This document shows, in pieces, positions 1 through 11,541 of a stretch of 64,000 nucleotides of DNA. Positions within the stretch are counted from its first letter, which is position 1, and the number at the start of each line of letters is the position of its first letter. A program made the position numbers and the translations under genes. The notes beneath the pieces are model-generated. The model had not been told where the DNA came from and did not search any database. It saw nothing but the letters and a program-made list of their open reading frames with translations. The DNA comes from Escherichia coli (GTDB lineage Bacteria > Pseudomonadota > Gammaproteobacteria > Enterobacterales > Enterobacteriaceae). The DNA lies in NCBI RefSeq assembly GCF_050320075.1, contig NZ_CP190018.1, one strand, 5' to 3'.

Positions 1-114
1 GTCATAAAAATTCATTCCGGCGCTACTCAGAGCGGCGTAGTCCAAAGCATCAACCAGCGTTGGAAAATCGGCATAGCGCATAGGTAGGGAATGCGTAAAG
101 ATTTTATTAGACAT
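1..114 (-). CDS. 5' end of a gene running off the window start (first 38 codons, MSNKIFTHSLPMRYADFPTLVDALDYAALSSAGMNFYD); product uncertain, possibly an adenylate-forming (AMP-binding) enzyme
   Basis: ATG at 112-114 on minus strand, open frame to position 1; not in ORF track because truncated. Confidence 0.35.
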   Translation of the reverse strand, partial: MSNKIFTHSLPMRYADFPTLVDALDYAALSSAGMNFYD

Positions 115-485
115 ATACACCACGAAAAAATTGGATATCAAAAATAAAATGACAATAATGCGGTGGATTATATAGGCATAAAAGATAAATGAGATAGTAT
201 TTTCATCAGTGTGAAAATGAACATTGATTTAAATAATGAGTTTGAGTTTTTTTGTTTTTATTGTGAATGATATTTAATTTATGAATGTATTAAGAAGAAG
301 CCTTGTCCGGTCGCCTTAAATCGACAAAAGGCATTGTGGCGCTTCTGTGTAGTCTCTGACCTTATCGTAATCATTAATAAATACTATTTATTCGTCGTTT
401 GTATTCATTGGGTTGATTATTAAGGTGCCGTTCGTTGCTGTTGCAACCTGTTTGTCACCGTTAATTATTTGTTACCCACAGAACT

Positions 486-1628
486 ATGGAATGCGATCTG
501 CTGATGATTAAAATTGAAAAAGTAATTAATAAAAATGACCTTAAGGCATTTATCGCTTTTCCGTCATCACTTTATCCCGACGATCCAAACTGGATACCCC
601 CTTTATTCATTGAACGCAACGAGCATTTGTCTGCGAAAAATCCGGGGACGGACCATATCATCTGGCAGGCGTGGGTGGCAAAAAAAGCAGGGCAGATAGT
701 TGGGCGTATTACCGCGCAAATCGATACCTTGCACCGCGAGCGTTACGGCAAAGATACCGGTCATTTCGGCATGATTGACGCCATTGATGATCCGCAGGTT
801 TTTGCCGCGTTGTTTGGCGCAGCGGAAGCGTGGTTGAAGTCACAAGGTGCAAGTAAGATCAGCGGTCCTTTCAGCCTGAATATCAATCAGGAAAGCGGAT
901 TACTGATTGAAGGTTTCGATACACCACCCTGTGCGATGATGCCACACGGCAAACCGTGGTATGCCGCGCATATTGAACAATTGGGTTATCACAAAGGCAT
1001 TGATTTACTGGCGTGGTGGATGCAGCGAACCGATCTCACTTTCTCTCCGGCCCTAAAAAAACTGATGGATCAGGTGCGCAAAAAAGTGACCATTCGCTGC
1101 ATCAATCGCCAGCGGTTTGCCGAAGAGATGCAAATCCTGCGTGAGATTTTCAACTCTGGCTGGCAGCACAACTGGGGATTTGTGCCGTTTACCGAACATG
1201 AGTTCGCGACCATGGGCGATCAACTTAAATATCTGGTGCCGGACGATATGATCTACATCGCTGAGATTGATTCTGCACCCTGCGCGTTTATTGTCGGCTT
1301 GCCGAACATCAACGAGGCGATTGCCGATCTGAACGGATCGCTCTTTCCCTTCGGCTGGGCAAAATTGCTGTGGCGTTTGAAAGTCAGCGGTGTGCGAACT
1401 GCGCGAGTACCGCTGATGGGCGTGCGGGACGAGTATCAGTTCAGCCGCATCGGCCCGGTGATTGCGCTGTTATTGATTGAAGCCTTACGCGATCCGTTTG
1501 CCCGCCGGAAGATCGATGCGCTGGAGATGTCATGGATCCTCGAAACCAATACAGGCATGAATAACATGCTGGAACGCATTGGGGCGGAGCCGTACAAGCG
1601 TTACCGATTGTATGAAAAGCAGATTTGA
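486..1628 (+). CDS. yghO: conserved hypothetical protein, YghO-like
   Basis: 380-aa ORF directly next to glcC as in E. coli; name recalled from gene order, not verified. Confidence 0.6.
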   Translation: MECDLLMIKIEKVINKNDLKAFIAFPSSLYPDDPNWIPPLFIERNEHLSAKNPGTDHIIWQAWVAKKAGQIVGRITAQIDTLHRERYGKDTGHFGMIDAIDDPQVFAALFGAAEAWLKSQGASKISGPFSLNINQESGLLIEGFDTPPCAMMPHGKPWYAAHIEQLGYHKGIDLLAWWMQRTDLTFSPALKKLMDQVRKKVTIRCINRQRFAEEMQILREIFNSGWQHNWGFVPFTEHEFATMGDQLKYLVPDDMIYIAEIDSAPCAFIVGLPNINEAIADLNGSLFPFGWAKLLWRLKVSGVRTARVPLMGVRDEYQFSRIGPVIALLLIEALRDPFARRKIDALEMSWILETNTGMNNMLERIGAEPYKRYRLYEKQI

Positions 1629-1634
1629 TGGCAG

Positions 1635-2399
1635 TCACCCCTGCTTCATCTCCAGCGGCACCGCCGAGCGAATCAAATGGTGGCCTTCCAGCTCGATATA
1701 GTGGAGATTCTTTTTCACGGTCCGCACATGATCGCATGCTGCGCGCTGGGCGACGTGCGGCAGCCGCTGCAACACCGCGTTGTAGATCCGCGCATGCTGG
1801 CGATCGATCTGCTTTTTTTGCTGTGGTCGATGGTAGAGATTATTTACGCTGGCAAACACTGAATTAAACATCAGATCGGTCAATGATTGCAGCGTAAACA
1901 CCAACACCTGATTGTGAGAAGCCTGACAAATGGCGAGATGGAAAGCGTGATCCAACTGCGCATGTTCGATCAGCGAAATCTCTTTGTTGTTCTCACTGGC
2001 GGCGAGCATTTTTTCATAACAGCGGGTTATCACAACAAAATCAGCCTGGGTTCCCAGCGTTGCCGCAAGCCTTGCCGATTCACCCTCCAGCAATGCGCGA
2101 ACGTCGAGCAGATCGTACAGCGTTCGCGGCTGCGTGCTGAACAGATGAATTAGCGGGCTGGTATCCTGCACCCGATTAAGCCGTGCGACACGAGAATCGC
2201 GACCCTGCGCCGTTTCAATAATCCCGCGCCCGCGCAGCACGGTCAGCCCTTCACGCAGTGCGGAGCGTGAGAAGCCGAGCTTTTCACACAGTCGACGTTC
2301 CGAGGGAAGCGGCTGACCGACCTTCAGTACGCCGTCGATAATTAACCGTTCGATACTCTCTGCAACCACTTCGCAAATAGGGCGACGTTCATCTTTCAT
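1635..2399 (-). CDS. glcC: GntR/FadR-family transcriptional activator of the glc operon
   Basis: ORF 1635..2459; start taken at internal MKDERRPICEVVAESIERL matching GlcC N-terminus; divergent from glcD. Confidence 0.9.
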   Translation of the reverse strand: MKDERRPICEVVAESIERLIIDGVLKVGQPLPSERRLCEKLGFSRSALREGLTVLRGRGIIETAQGRDSRVARLNRVQDTSPLIHLFSTQPRTLYDLLDVRALLEGESARLAATLGTQADFVVITRCYEKMLAASENNKEISLIEHAQLDHAFHLAICQASHNQVLVFTLQSLTDLMFNSVFASVNNLYHRPQQKKQIDRQHARIYNAVLQRLPHVAQRAACDHVRTVKKNLHYIELEGHHLIRSAVPLEMKQG

Positions 2400-2649
2400 T
2401 CCCGGACCTCGTGCACAGGTAGGACCAATTTTTCTGTTCTTGACTCGCAAAACACGCACATCACGTAAGTGATTATGTTACATCAATTTAACATTAAGTT
2501 AACCAAGACAAGGTCACAGAGCTGGAAAAAAAATGGTCTGACCGGTAGCTAAAGAGATAGACGAAAACGAAAAGCCCGCTTAATAACTGTTCACAGAAGC
2601 AGCGCGCAAAAATCAGCTGCCACACAACACAACAAAGCGAAGCCTACTC
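2400..2649. promoter_or_regulatory. glcC-glcD divergent promoter/operator region
   Basis: 250-bp AT-rich intergenic spacer between divergently oriented glcC and glcD; individual sites not resolved. Confidence 0.5.
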
Positions 2650-4149
2650 ATGAGCATCTTGTACGAAGAGCGTCTTGATGGCGCTTTACCCGATGTCGAC
2701 CGCACATCGGTACTGATGGCACTGCGTGAGCATGTCCCTGGACTGGAGATCCTGCATACCGATGAGGAGATCATTCCTTACGAGTGTGACGGGTTGAGCG
2801 CGTATCGCACGCGTCCATTACTGGTTGTTCTGCCTAAGCAAATGGAACAGGTGACAGCGATTCTGGCTGTTTGTCACCGCCTGCATGTACCGGTGGTGAC
2901 CCGTGGTGCAGGCACCGGGCTTTCTGGTGGCGCGCTGCCGCTGGAAAAAGGTGTGTTGTTGGTGATGGCGCGCTTTAAAGAGATCCTCGACATTAACCCC
3001 GTTGGTCGCCGCGCGCGCGCGCAGCCGGGCGTGCGTAACCTGGCGATCTCCCAGGCCGTTGCGCCGCATAATCTCTATTACGCGCCGGATCCTTCCTCAC
3101 AAATCGCCTGTTCAATTGGCGGCAATGTGGCGGAAAATGCCGGTGGCGTCCACTGCCTGAAATATGGTCTGACCGTACATAACCTGCTGAAAATTGAAGT
3201 GCAAACGCTGGACGGCGAGGCGCTGACGCTGGGATCGGACGCGCTGGATTCGCCTGGTTTTGACCTGCTGGCGCTGTTCACCGGATCGGAAGGTATGCTC
3301 GGCGTGACCACCGAAGTGACGGTAAAACTGCTGCCGAAGCCGCCCGTGGCGCGGGTTCTGTTAGCCAGCTTTGACTCGGTAGAAAAAGCCGGACTTGCGG
3401 TTGGTGACATCATCGCCAATGGCATTATCCCCGGCGGGCTGGAGATGATGGATAACCTGTCGATCCGCGCGGCGGAAGATTTTATTCATGCCGGTTATCC
3501 GGTCGACGCCGAAGCGATTTTGTTATGCGAGCTGGACGGCGTGGAGTCTGACGTACAGGAAGACTGCGAGCGGGTTAACGACATCTTGTTGAAAGCGGGC
3601 GCGACTGACGTCCGTCTGGCACAGGACGAAGCAGAGCGCGTACGTTTCTGGGCCGGTCGCAAAAATGCGTTCCCTGCGGTAGGACGAATCTCCCCGGATT
3701 ACTACTGCATGGATGGCACCATCCCGCGCCGCGCCCTGCCTGGCGTACTGGAAGGCATTGCCCGTTTATCGCAGCAATATGATTTACGCGTTGCCAACGT
3801 CTTTCATGCCGGAGACGGCAACATGCACCCGTTAATCCTTTTCGATGCCAACGAACCCGGTGAATTTGCCCGCGCGGAAGAGCTGGGCGGGAAGATCCTC
3901 GAACTCTGCGTTGAAGTTGGCGGCAGCATCAGTGGGGAACATGGCATCGGGCGCGAAAAAATCAATCAAATGTGCGCCCAGTTCAACAGCGATGAAATCA
4001 CGACCTTCCATGCGGTCAAGGCGGCGTTTGACCCCGATGGTTTGCTGAACCCTGGGAAAAACATTCCCACGCTACACCGCTGTGCTGAATTTGGTGCCAT
4101 GCATGTGCATCACGGTCATTTACCTTTCCCTGAACTGGAGCGTTTCTGA
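2650..4149 (+). CDS. glcD: glycolate oxidase FAD-linked subunit
   Basis: 499 aa; VTRGAGTGLSGGALP FAD-binding motif; first gene of glcDEFGBA. Confidence 0.95.
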   Translation: MSILYEERLDGALPDVDRTSVLMALREHVPGLEILHTDEEIIPYECDGLSAYRTRPLLVVLPKQMEQVTAILAVCHRLHVPVVTRGAGTGLSGGALPLEKGVLLVMARFKEILDINPVGRRARAQPGVRNLAISQAVAPHNLYYAPDPSSQIACSIGGNVAENAGGVHCLKYGLTVHNLLKIEVQTLDGEALTLGSDALDSPGFDLLALFTGSEGMLGVTTEVTVKLLPKPPVARVLLASFDSVEKAGLAVGDIIANGIIPGGLEMMDNLSIRAAEDFIHAGYPVDAEAILLCELDGVESDVQEDCERVNDILLKAGATDVRLAQDEAERVRFWAGRKNAFPAVGRISPDYYCMDGTIPRRALPGVLEGIARLSQQYDLRVANVFHAGDGNMHPLILFDANEPGEFARAEELGGKILELCVEVGGSISGEHGIGREKINQMCAQFNSDEITTFHAVKAAFDPDGLLNPGKNIPTLHRCAEFGAMHVHHGHLPFPELERF

Positions 4150-5201
4150 TGCTACGCGAGTGTGATTACAGCCAGGCGCTGCTGGAGCAGGTGAATCAGG
4201 CGATTAGCGATAAAACGCCGCTGGTGATTCAGGGCAGCAATAGCAAAGCCTTTTTAGGTCGTCCTGTCACCGGGCAAACGCTGGATGTGCGTTGTCATCG
4301 CGGCATTGTTAATTACGACCCGACCGAGCTGGTGATAACCGCTCGTGCCGGAACGCCGCTGGTGGCGATTGAAGCGGCGCTGGAGAGCGCCGGGCAAATG
4401 CTCCCCTGCGAGCCGCCGCATTATGGTGAAGAAGCCACCTGGGGCGGGATGGTCGCCTGCGGGCTGGCGGGGCCGCGTCGCCCGTGGAGCGGTTCGGTCC
4501 GCGATTTTGTCCTCGGCACGCGCATCATTACCGGCACTGGAAAACATCTGCGTTTTGGTAGCGAAGTGATGAAAAACGTTGCCGGATACGATCTCTCACG
4601 GTTAATGGCCGGAAGCTACGGTTGTCTGGGTGTGCTCACTGAAATCTCGATGAAAGTGTTACCGCGACCACGCGCCACCCTGAGTCTGCGTCGGGAAATC
4701 AGCCTGCAAGAAGCCATGAATGAAATCGCCCAGTGGCAACTCCAGCCATTACCCATTAGTGGCTTATGTTACTTCGACAATGCGTTGTGGATCCGCCTTG
4801 AGGGCGGCGAAGGATCGGTAAAAGCAGCGCGTGAACTGCTGGGGGGCGAAGAGGTTGCGGGTCAGTTCTGGCAGCAATTGCGTGAACAACAACTGCCGTT
4901 CTTCTCGTTACCAGGTACCTTATGGCGCATTTCCTTACCCTGCGATGCGCCGATGATGGATTTACCCGGCGAGCAACTGATCGACTGGGGCGGGGCGTTA
5001 CGCTGGCTGAAATCGACAGCCGAGGACAATCAAATCCATCGCATCGCCCGCAACGCTGGCGGTCATGCGACCCGCTTTAGTGCCGGAGATGGTGGCTTTG
5101 CCCCGCTATCGGCTCCTTTATTCCGCTATCACCAGCAGCTTAAACAGCAGCTCGACCCTTGCGGCGTGTTTAATCCCGGTCGCATGTACGCGGAGCTTTA
5201 A
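4149..5201 (+). CDS. glcE: glycolate oxidase FAD-binding subunit
   Basis: 350 aa; start overlaps glcD stop (TGATG); operon context. Confidence 0.93.
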   Translation: MLRECDYSQALLEQVNQAISDKTPLVIQGSNSKAFLGRPVTGQTLDVRCHRGIVNYDPTELVITARAGTPLVAIEAALESAGQMLPCEPPHYGEEATWGGMVACGLAGPRRPWSGSVRDFVLGTRIITGTGKHLRFGSEVMKNVAGYDLSRLMAGSYGCLGVLTEISMKVLPRPRATLSLRREISLQEAMNEIAQWQLQPLPISGLCYFDNALWIRLEGGEGSVKAARELLGGEEVAGQFWQQLREQQLPFFSLPGTLWRISLPCDAPMMDLPGEQLIDWGGALRWLKSTAEDNQIHRIARNAGGHATRFSAGDGGFAPLSAPLFRYHQQLKQQLDPCGVFNPGRMYAEL

Positions 5202-5211
5202 GGAGCAGGCT

Positions 5212-6435
5212 ATGCAAACCCAATTAACCGAAGAGATGCGGCAGAACGCGCGGGCGCTGGAAGCCGACAGCATCCTGCGCGCCTGTGTTCACTGCGGATT
5301 TTGTACCGCAACCTGCCCAACCTATCAGCTCCTGGGCGATGAACTGGACGGGCCGCGCGGGCGCATCTATCTGATTAAACAGGTGCTGGAAGGTAACGAA
5401 GTCACGCTTAAAACACAGGAGCATCTCGATCGCTGTCTCACTTGCCGCAATTGTGAAACCACCTGTCCTTCTGGTGTGCGCTATCACAATTTGCTGGATA
5501 TCGGGCGTGATATTGTCGAGCAGAAAGTGAAACGCCCACTGCCGGAGCGAATGCTGCGCGAAGGATTGCGCCAGGTAGTGCCGCATCCGGCTGTCTTCCG
5601 TGCGCTGACGCAGGTAGGGCTGGTGCTGCGACCGTTTTTACCGGAACAGGTCAGAGCAAAACTGCCTGCTGAAACCGTAAAAGCTAAACCGCGTCCACCG
5701 CTGCGCCATAAGCGTCGGGTTTTAATGCTGGAAGGCTGCGCCCAGCCTACGCTTTCGCCCAACACCAACGCGGCAACTGCGCGAGTGCTGGATCGTCTGG
5801 GGATCAGCGTGACGCCAGCTAATGAAGCAGGCTGTTGTGGCGCGGTGGACTATCATCTTAATGCGCAAGAGAAAGGGCTGGCGCGGGCGCGCAATAATAT
5901 TGATGCCTGGTGGCCCGCGATTGAAGCAGGTGCCGAGGCTATTTTGCAGACTGCCAGCGGCTGCGGCGCGTTTGTCAAAGAGTATGGGCAGATGCTGAAA
6001 AACGATGCGTTGTATGCCGATAAAGCGCGTCAGGTCAGTGAGCTGGCGGTCGATTTAGTCGAACTTCTGCGCGAGGAACCGCTGGAAAAACTGGCAATTC
6101 GCGGCGATAAAAAACTGGCCTTCCACTGCCCGTGTACCCTGCAACATGCGCAAAAGCTGAACGGCGAAGTGGAAAAAGTGTTACTTCGTCTTGGATTTAC
6201 CTTAACGGACGTTCCCGACAGCCATCTGTGCTGCGGTTCAGCGGGAACATATGCGTTAACGCATCCCGATCTGGCGCGCCAGCTGCGGGATAACAAAATG
6301 AATGCGCTGGAAAGCGGCAAACCGGAAATGATCGTCACCGCCAACATTGGTTGCCAGACGCATCTGGCGAGCGCCGGTCGTACCTCTGTGCGTCACTGGA
6401 TTGAAATTGTAGAACAAGCCCTTGAAAAGGAATAA
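5212..6435 (+). CDS. glcF: glycolate oxidase iron-sulfur subunit
   Basis: Track ORF 5065..6435; start taken at MQTQLTEEM after AGGAG; two CxxCxxCxxxCP ferredoxin-type cysteine clusters. Confidence 0.92.
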   Translation: MQTQLTEEMRQNARALEADSILRACVHCGFCTATCPTYQLLGDELDGPRGRIYLIKQVLEGNEVTLKTQEHLDRCLTCRNCETTCPSGVRYHNLLDIGRDIVEQKVKRPLPERMLREGLRQVVPHPAVFRALTQVGLVLRPFLPEQVRAKLPAETVKAKPRPPLRHKRRVLMLEGCAQPTLSPNTNAATARVLDRLGISVTPANEAGCCGAVDYHLNAQEKGLARARNNIDAWWPAIEAGAEAILQTASGCGAFVKEYGQMLKNDALYADKARQVSELAVDLVELLREEPLEKLAIRGDKKLAFHCPCTLQHAQKLNGEVEKVLLRLGFTLTDVPDSHLCCGSAGTYALTHPDLARQLRDNKMNALESGKPEMIVTANIGCQTHLASAGRTSVRHWIEIVEQALEKE

Positions 6436-6439
6436 CAAA

Positions 6440-6844
6440 ATGAAAACTAAAGTCATTCTTAGCCAGCAAATGGCGAGTGCAATTATTGCCGCAGGTCAGG
6501 AAGAGGCGCAGAAAAATAACTGGTCTGTTTCCATTGCTGTTGCCGATGACGGCGGTCATCTGCTGGCGTTAAGTCGCATGGACGATTGCGCGCCGATTGC
6601 GGCTTACATCTCCCAGGAGAAAGCGCGTACCGCCGCGCTGGGGCGTCGTGAAACTAAGGGCTATGAAGAGATGGTGAACAACGGACGTACCGCGTTCGTG
6701 ACTGCGCCGTTATTAACGTCGCTGGAAGGCGGCGTACCGGTTGTTGTTGATGGGCAAATTATTGGTGCCGTGGGCGTTTCTGGTTTAACCGGAGCACAGG
6801 ATGCGCAGGTCGCGAAAGCGGCAGCAGCGGTGTTGGCGAAATAA
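6440..6844 (+). CDS. glcG: GlcG (heme-binding HbpS-like/DUF336) protein
   Basis: Track ORF 6422..6844; start at MKTKVILSQQ; operon position. Confidence 0.88.
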   Translation: MKTKVILSQQMASAIIAAGQEEAQKNNWSVSIAVADDGGHLLALSRMDDCAPIAAYISQEKARTAALGRRETKGYEEMVNNGRTAFVTAPLLTSLEGGVPVVVDGQIIGAVGVSGLTGAQDAQVAKAAAAVLAK

Positions 6845-6865
6845 GCGAAAACGAGGAGAGAAACA

Positions 6866-9037
6866 ATGAGTCAAACCATAACCCAGGGCCGTTTACGCAT
6901 TGACGCCAATTTTAAACGTTTTGTGGATGAAGAAGTTTTGCCGGGAACAGGGTTGGACGCTGCGGCGTTCTGGCGCAATGTTGATGAGATCGTTCACGAT
7001 CTGGCACCAGAAAATCGTCAGTTGCTGGCAGAACGCGATCGCATTCAGGCGGCGCTTGATGAGTGGCATCGCAGCAATCCGGGGCCGGTTAAAGATAAAG
7101 CGGCCTATAAATCTTTCCTGCGTGAACTGGGCTACCTGGTGCCACAACCGGATCGCGTGACGGTGGAAACCACGGGCATTGACAGCGAAATCACCAGCCA
7201 GGCGGGGCCACAGCTGGTGGTTCCGGCAATGAACGCCCGCTACGCGCTGAACGCGGCGAACGCTCGCTGGGGCTCACTGTACGATGCGTTATACGGCAGC
7301 GACATCATCCCGCAGGAAGGGGCGATGGTCAGCGGCTACGATCCGCAGCGCGGTGAGCAGGTTATCGCCTGGGTTCGGCGTTTCCTCGATGAATCACTAC
7401 CGCTGGAAAACGGCAGCTATCAGGATGTGGTGGCGTTTAAGGTGGTTGATAAACAATTACGCATCCAGTTGAAAAATGGTAAAGAAACCACGTTACGCAC
7501 CCCGGCGCAGTTTGTCGGTTACCGTGGCAATGCCGCTGCGCCGTCCTGCATTTTGCTGAAAAATAACGGCCTGCATATTGAGCTGCAAATCGATGCCAAC
7601 GGGCGGATTGGCAAAGACGATCCGGCGCATATCAACGATGTTATCGTCGAAGCGGCCATCAGTACCATTCTCGACTGCGAAGATTCGGTCGCGGCGGTTG
7701 ATGCGGAAGATAAAATCCTGCTGTACCGCAACCTGCTGGGCCTGATGCAGGGGACTCTGCAAGAGAAAATGGAAAAAAACGGTCGGCAAATCGTGCGTAA
7801 ACTGAATGACGATCGTCATTACACCGCCGCCGATGGCTCTGAAATTTCTCTGCACGGACGCTCGCTGCTGTTTATCCGCAACGTGGGTCATTTGATGACC
7901 ATTCCTGTGATTTGGGACAGCGAAGGCAATGAAATCCCGGAAGGCATTCTTGATGGCGTCATGACTGGCGCGATTGCCCTCTATGATTTAAAAGTGCAGA
8001 AAAACTCGCGCACTGGCAGCGTCTATATTGTGAAACCGAAAATGCACGGTCCGCAGGAAGTGGCGTTCGCCAACAAACTGTTTACCCGCATTGAGACAAT
8101 GCTCGGTATGGCACCGAATACCCTGAAAATGGGCATTATGGATGAAGAACGTCGGACCTCGCTGAACTTGCGTAGCTGTATCGCTCAGGCGCGCAACCGC
8201 GTGGCGTTCATCAATACCGGTTTCCTCGACCGTACCGGCGATGAAATGCATTCGGTGATGGAAGCTGGCCCGATGCTGCGTAAAAATCAGATGAAATCGA
8301 CGCCTTGGATCAAAGCCTACGAGCGTAATAACGTGCTTTCCGGTCTGTTCTGTGGGCTGCGCGGTAAAGCGCAAATTGGTAAAGGCATGTGGGCAATGCC
8401 GGACCTGATGGCAGACATGTACAGCCAGAAGGGCGACCAACTGCGTGCCGGGGCAAACACAGCCTGGGTTCCGTCACCAACCGCTGCTACGCTCCATGCG
8501 CTGCACTACCACCAAACCAACGTACAGAGCGTGCAGGCCAACATTGCCCAGAGCGAGTTCAATGCTGAATTTGAACCGCTGCTGGACGATCTGCTGACTA
8601 TTCCGGTGGCTGAAAACGCTAACTGGTCGGTGGAAGAGATCCAACAAGAGCTGGATAACAACGTGCAGGGGATTCTGGGGTACGTGGTGCGTTGGGTGGA
8701 GCAGGGGATTGGTTGTTCAAAAGTGCCGGATATTCACAACGTGGCGCTGATGGAAGACCGCGCAACGCTGCGTATCTCCAGCCAGCATATCGCCAACTGG
8801 TTACGTCACGGTATTCTGACCAAAGAACAGGTGCAGGCGTCGCTGGAGAATATGGCGAAAGTGGTTGATCAGCAAAACGCTGGCGATCCGGCTTATCGTC
8901 CGATGGCGGGGAATTTCGCTAACTCGTGTGCTTTTAAAGCTGCCAGCGATTTAATCTTCCTCGGCGTGAAACAGCCAAACGGCTATACCGAACCGTTATT
9001 ACACGCCTGGCGTTTACGCGAAAAAGAAAGTCATTAA
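6866..9037 (+). CDS. glcB: malate synthase G
   Basis: 723 aa; N-terminus [27 protein letters not shown] typical of malate synthase G. Confidence 0.95.
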   Translation: MSQTITQGRLRIDANFKRFVDEEVLPGTGLDAAAFWRNVDEIVHDLAPENRQLLAERDRIQAALDEWHRSNPGPVKDKAAYKSFLRELGYLVPQPDRVTVETTGIDSEITSQAGPQLVVPAMNARYALNAANARWGSLYDALYGSDIIPQEGAMVSGYDPQRGEQVIAWVRRFLDESLPLENGSYQDVVAFKVVDKQLRIQLKNGKETTLRTPAQFVGYRGNAAAPSCILLKNNGLHIELQIDANGRIGKDDPAHINDVIVEAAISTILDCEDSVAAVDAEDKILLYRNLLGLMQGTLQEKMEKNGRQIVRKLNDDRHYTAADGSEISLHGRSLLFIRNVGHLMTIPVIWDSEGNEIPEGILDGVMTGAIALYDLKVQKNSRTGSVYIVKPKMHGPQEVAFANKLFTRIETMLGMAPNTLKMGIMDEERRTSLNLRSCIAQARNRVAFINTGFLDRTGDEMHSVMEAGPMLRKNQMKSTPWIKAYERNNVLSGLFCGLRGKAQIGKGMWAMPDLMADMYSQKGDQLRAGANTAWVPSPTAATLHALHYHQTNVQSVQANIAQSEFNAEFEPLLDDLLTIPVAENANWSVEEIQQELDNNVQGILGYVVRWVEQGIGCSKVPDIHNVALMEDRATLRISSQHIANWLRHGILTKEQVQASLENMAKVVDQQNAGDPAYRPMAGNFANSCAFKAASDLIFLGVKQPNGYTEPLLHAWRLREKESH

Positions 9038-9391
9038 TAGCGTCAAAAAAGCCCCGGCAAGTTTTATTGTCGGGGCTATGATAGTAACTGCGGTAGTACA
9101 TTTATCCCGGAAATAACCGGAGCGATTATCAGGGTTTAACAATATTAAATACCCGTAGCGCATTACTAGCGGGCCTAAAACAACAATATGGACATCTTAA
9201 CGATACTCTGCGCCTGCGTGTGCGGAACAGAAACCCTTACCCGATATACTTGTTATGCCAGAGGTAGCAATTGCGTTAGCAGCGTACTGTTGCTGTAAAG
9301 TATAACGCCTATATTTTACAGTTCAGTCCTCTTTTGCTTATTACAACCTTAAGTATATCAAGCATATAAAGATAATAAGAGACTGAACAAT

Positions 9392-11074
9392 ATGGTTACC
9401 TGGACCCAAATGTATATGCCGATGGGAGGACTGGGGCTATCCGCTCTGGTCGCCCTGATCCCGATAATATTCTTCTTCGTTGCACTCGCGGTATTACGTC
9501 TGAAAGGACATGTCGCTGGAGCAATAACCCTTATATTATCTATCCTGATTGCAATATTCGCCTTTAAAATGCCGATTGATATGGCATTTGCTGCTGCGGG
9601 CTATGGCTTTATTTATGGTTTATGGCCTATTGCGTGGATTATTGTCGCGGCGGTATTCTTGTATAAATTAACCGTTGCCAGCGGCCAGTTCGATATTATC
9701 CGCAGCTCGGTTATCTCCATCACCGACGATCAGCGTTTGCAGGTGTTACTGATTGGTTTCTCCTTTGGCGCGTTGCTGGAAGGGGCGGCTGGCTTTGGTG
9801 CGCCGGTGGCGATTACCGGTGCGCTGCTGGTGGGCCTGGGCTTCAAACCGTTATACGCGGCGGGGCTGTGTCTGATTGCCAACACTGCGCCGGTGGCGTT
9901 TGGTGCGTTGGGCGTGCCGATTCTGGTCGCCGGTCAGGTAACGGGAATCGATCCGTTCCACATTGGCGCAATGGCGGGACGTCAGTTACCGTTCCTGTCG
10001 GTTCTTGTGCCGTTCTGGCTGGTAGCAATGATGGACGGCTGGAAAGGGGTGAAAGAGACGTGGCCAGCGGCGCTGGTTGCTGGGGGAAGCTTCGCTGTCA
10101 CTCAGTTCTTTACCTCTAACTATATTGGTCCGGAACTGCCGGATATTACTTCGGCGCTGGTGAGTATCGTCTCACTCGCTTTATTCCTTAAAGTCTGGCG
10201 GCCGAAAAATACCGAAACGGCAATCAGCATGGGACAATCCGCAGGTGCGATGGTGGTGAATAAACCATCTTCTGGCGGTCCCGTGCCTTCAGAATATAGT
10301 CTGGGGCAAATCATTCGTGCGTGGTCACCGTTTTTAATCTTAACGGTGCTGGTCACCATCTGGACCATGAAGCCGTTTAAAGCGTTATTTGCTCCGGGCG
10401 GCGCGTTTTATTCACTGGTGATTAATTTCCAGATCCCTCATTTGCATCAACAAGTGTTGAAAGCGGCACCCATTGTCGCCCAACCAACGCCAATGGATGC
10501 GGTGTTTAAATTAGACCCTCTCTCGGCTGGCGGCACCGCTATTTTTATTGCGGCGATTATCTCTATCTTCATCCTCGGCGTGGGCATCAAGAAAGGGATT
10601 GGCGTCTTTGCCGAAACGCTAATTAGTCTGAAGTGGCCGATATTGTCGATTGGCATGGTGCTGGCGTTCGCCTTCGTCACCAACTATTCCGGTATGTCCA
10701 CCACGCTGGCGCTGGTACTGGCAGGTACAGGCGTGATGTTCCCGTTTTTCTCACCGTTTCTCGGCTGGCTGGGCGTATTCCTTACCGGCTCGGACACCTC
10801 CTCTAACGCCCTGTTTGGTTCACTGCAATCGACCACGGCGCAGCAAATCAACGTCTCTGACACTCTGCTGGTGGCAGCAAATACCAGCGGCGGCGTAACT
10901 GGCAAGATGATCTCCCCGCAATCTATCGCCGTGGCCTGCGCCGCGACGGGCATGGTGGGCCGAGAATCTGAACTGTTCCGCTACACCGTGAAGCACAGTC
11001 TGATTTTTGCCAGCGTTATCGGCATTATCACGCTGTTGCAGGCGTATGTGTTTACCGGGATGTTAGTTTCGTAA
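9392..11074 (+). CDS. glcA: glycolate/lactate permease (LctP family)
   Basis: 560 aa polytopic membrane protein; last gene of glc operon. Confidence 0.93.
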   Translation: MVTWTQMYMPMGGLGLSALVALIPIIFFFVALAVLRLKGHVAGAITLILSILIAIFAFKMPIDMAFAAAGYGFIYGLWPIAWIIVAAVFLYKLTVASGQFDIIRSSVISITDDQRLQVLLIGFSFGALLEGAAGFGAPVAITGALLVGLGFKPLYAAGLCLIANTAPVAFGALGVPILVAGQVTGIDPFHIGAMAGRQLPFLSVLVPFWLVAMMDGWKGVKETWPAALVAGGSFAVTQFFTSNYIGPELPDITSALVSIVSLALFLKVWRPKNTETAISMGQSAGAMVVNKPSSGGPVPSEYSLGQIIRAWSPFLILTVLVTIWTMKPFKALFAPGGAFYSLVINFQIPHLHQQVLKAAPIVAQPTPMDAVFKLDPLSAGGTAIFIAAIISIFILGVGIKKGIGVFAETLISLKWPILSIGMVLAFAFVTNYSGMSTTLALVLAGTGVMFPFFSPFLGWLGVFLTGSDTSSNALFGSLQSTTAQQINVSDTLLVAANTSGGVTGKMISPQSIAVACAATGMVGRESELFRYTVKHSLIFASVIGIITLLQAYVFTGMLVS

Positions 11075-11541
11075 GTCAATAATGCCGGATGATCGTTAAT
11101 ATCATCCGGCTACATTTACATTATTCTGTCTTATTAATTGAAAATTATTTCCCTCTTTATTATCCATGCAGCAATAATGTTTTGCGTTCAGATAACCTGC
11201 TAAATAATTAAGAACGTGAGAATATCTATTTTTTTATCACGCAAAACAAGTTTGTACTAATTATGTTCGCTTGATGAGCAAACACCGTGCTATCTGTTGC
11301 TTTTGCAATCGCAATCGTTAAAACTATCAACAACTTGGGATAGTTACATTGTGAATAATTGTTACTTTTTTGTTTGTTGAATCTTTTTATAAATACCCCG
11401 TCTGACATCGAATAGGGGTTATTCTTATAAATTTTACCTGCTTTGCTATCAATGATGCCGTTTTATTAAGAATGGAGGAAGTTATTAGAGAAGATAAAGC
11501 ATAAAACTATTTCTCCCAGTTACGAATTTTTTAACATTGTT

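Noticed and set aside
5065..5211. N-terminal extension of glcF in the track
   Set aside because: Overlaps the glcE 3' end; the ATG at 5212 preceded by AGGAG gives the expected GlcF length
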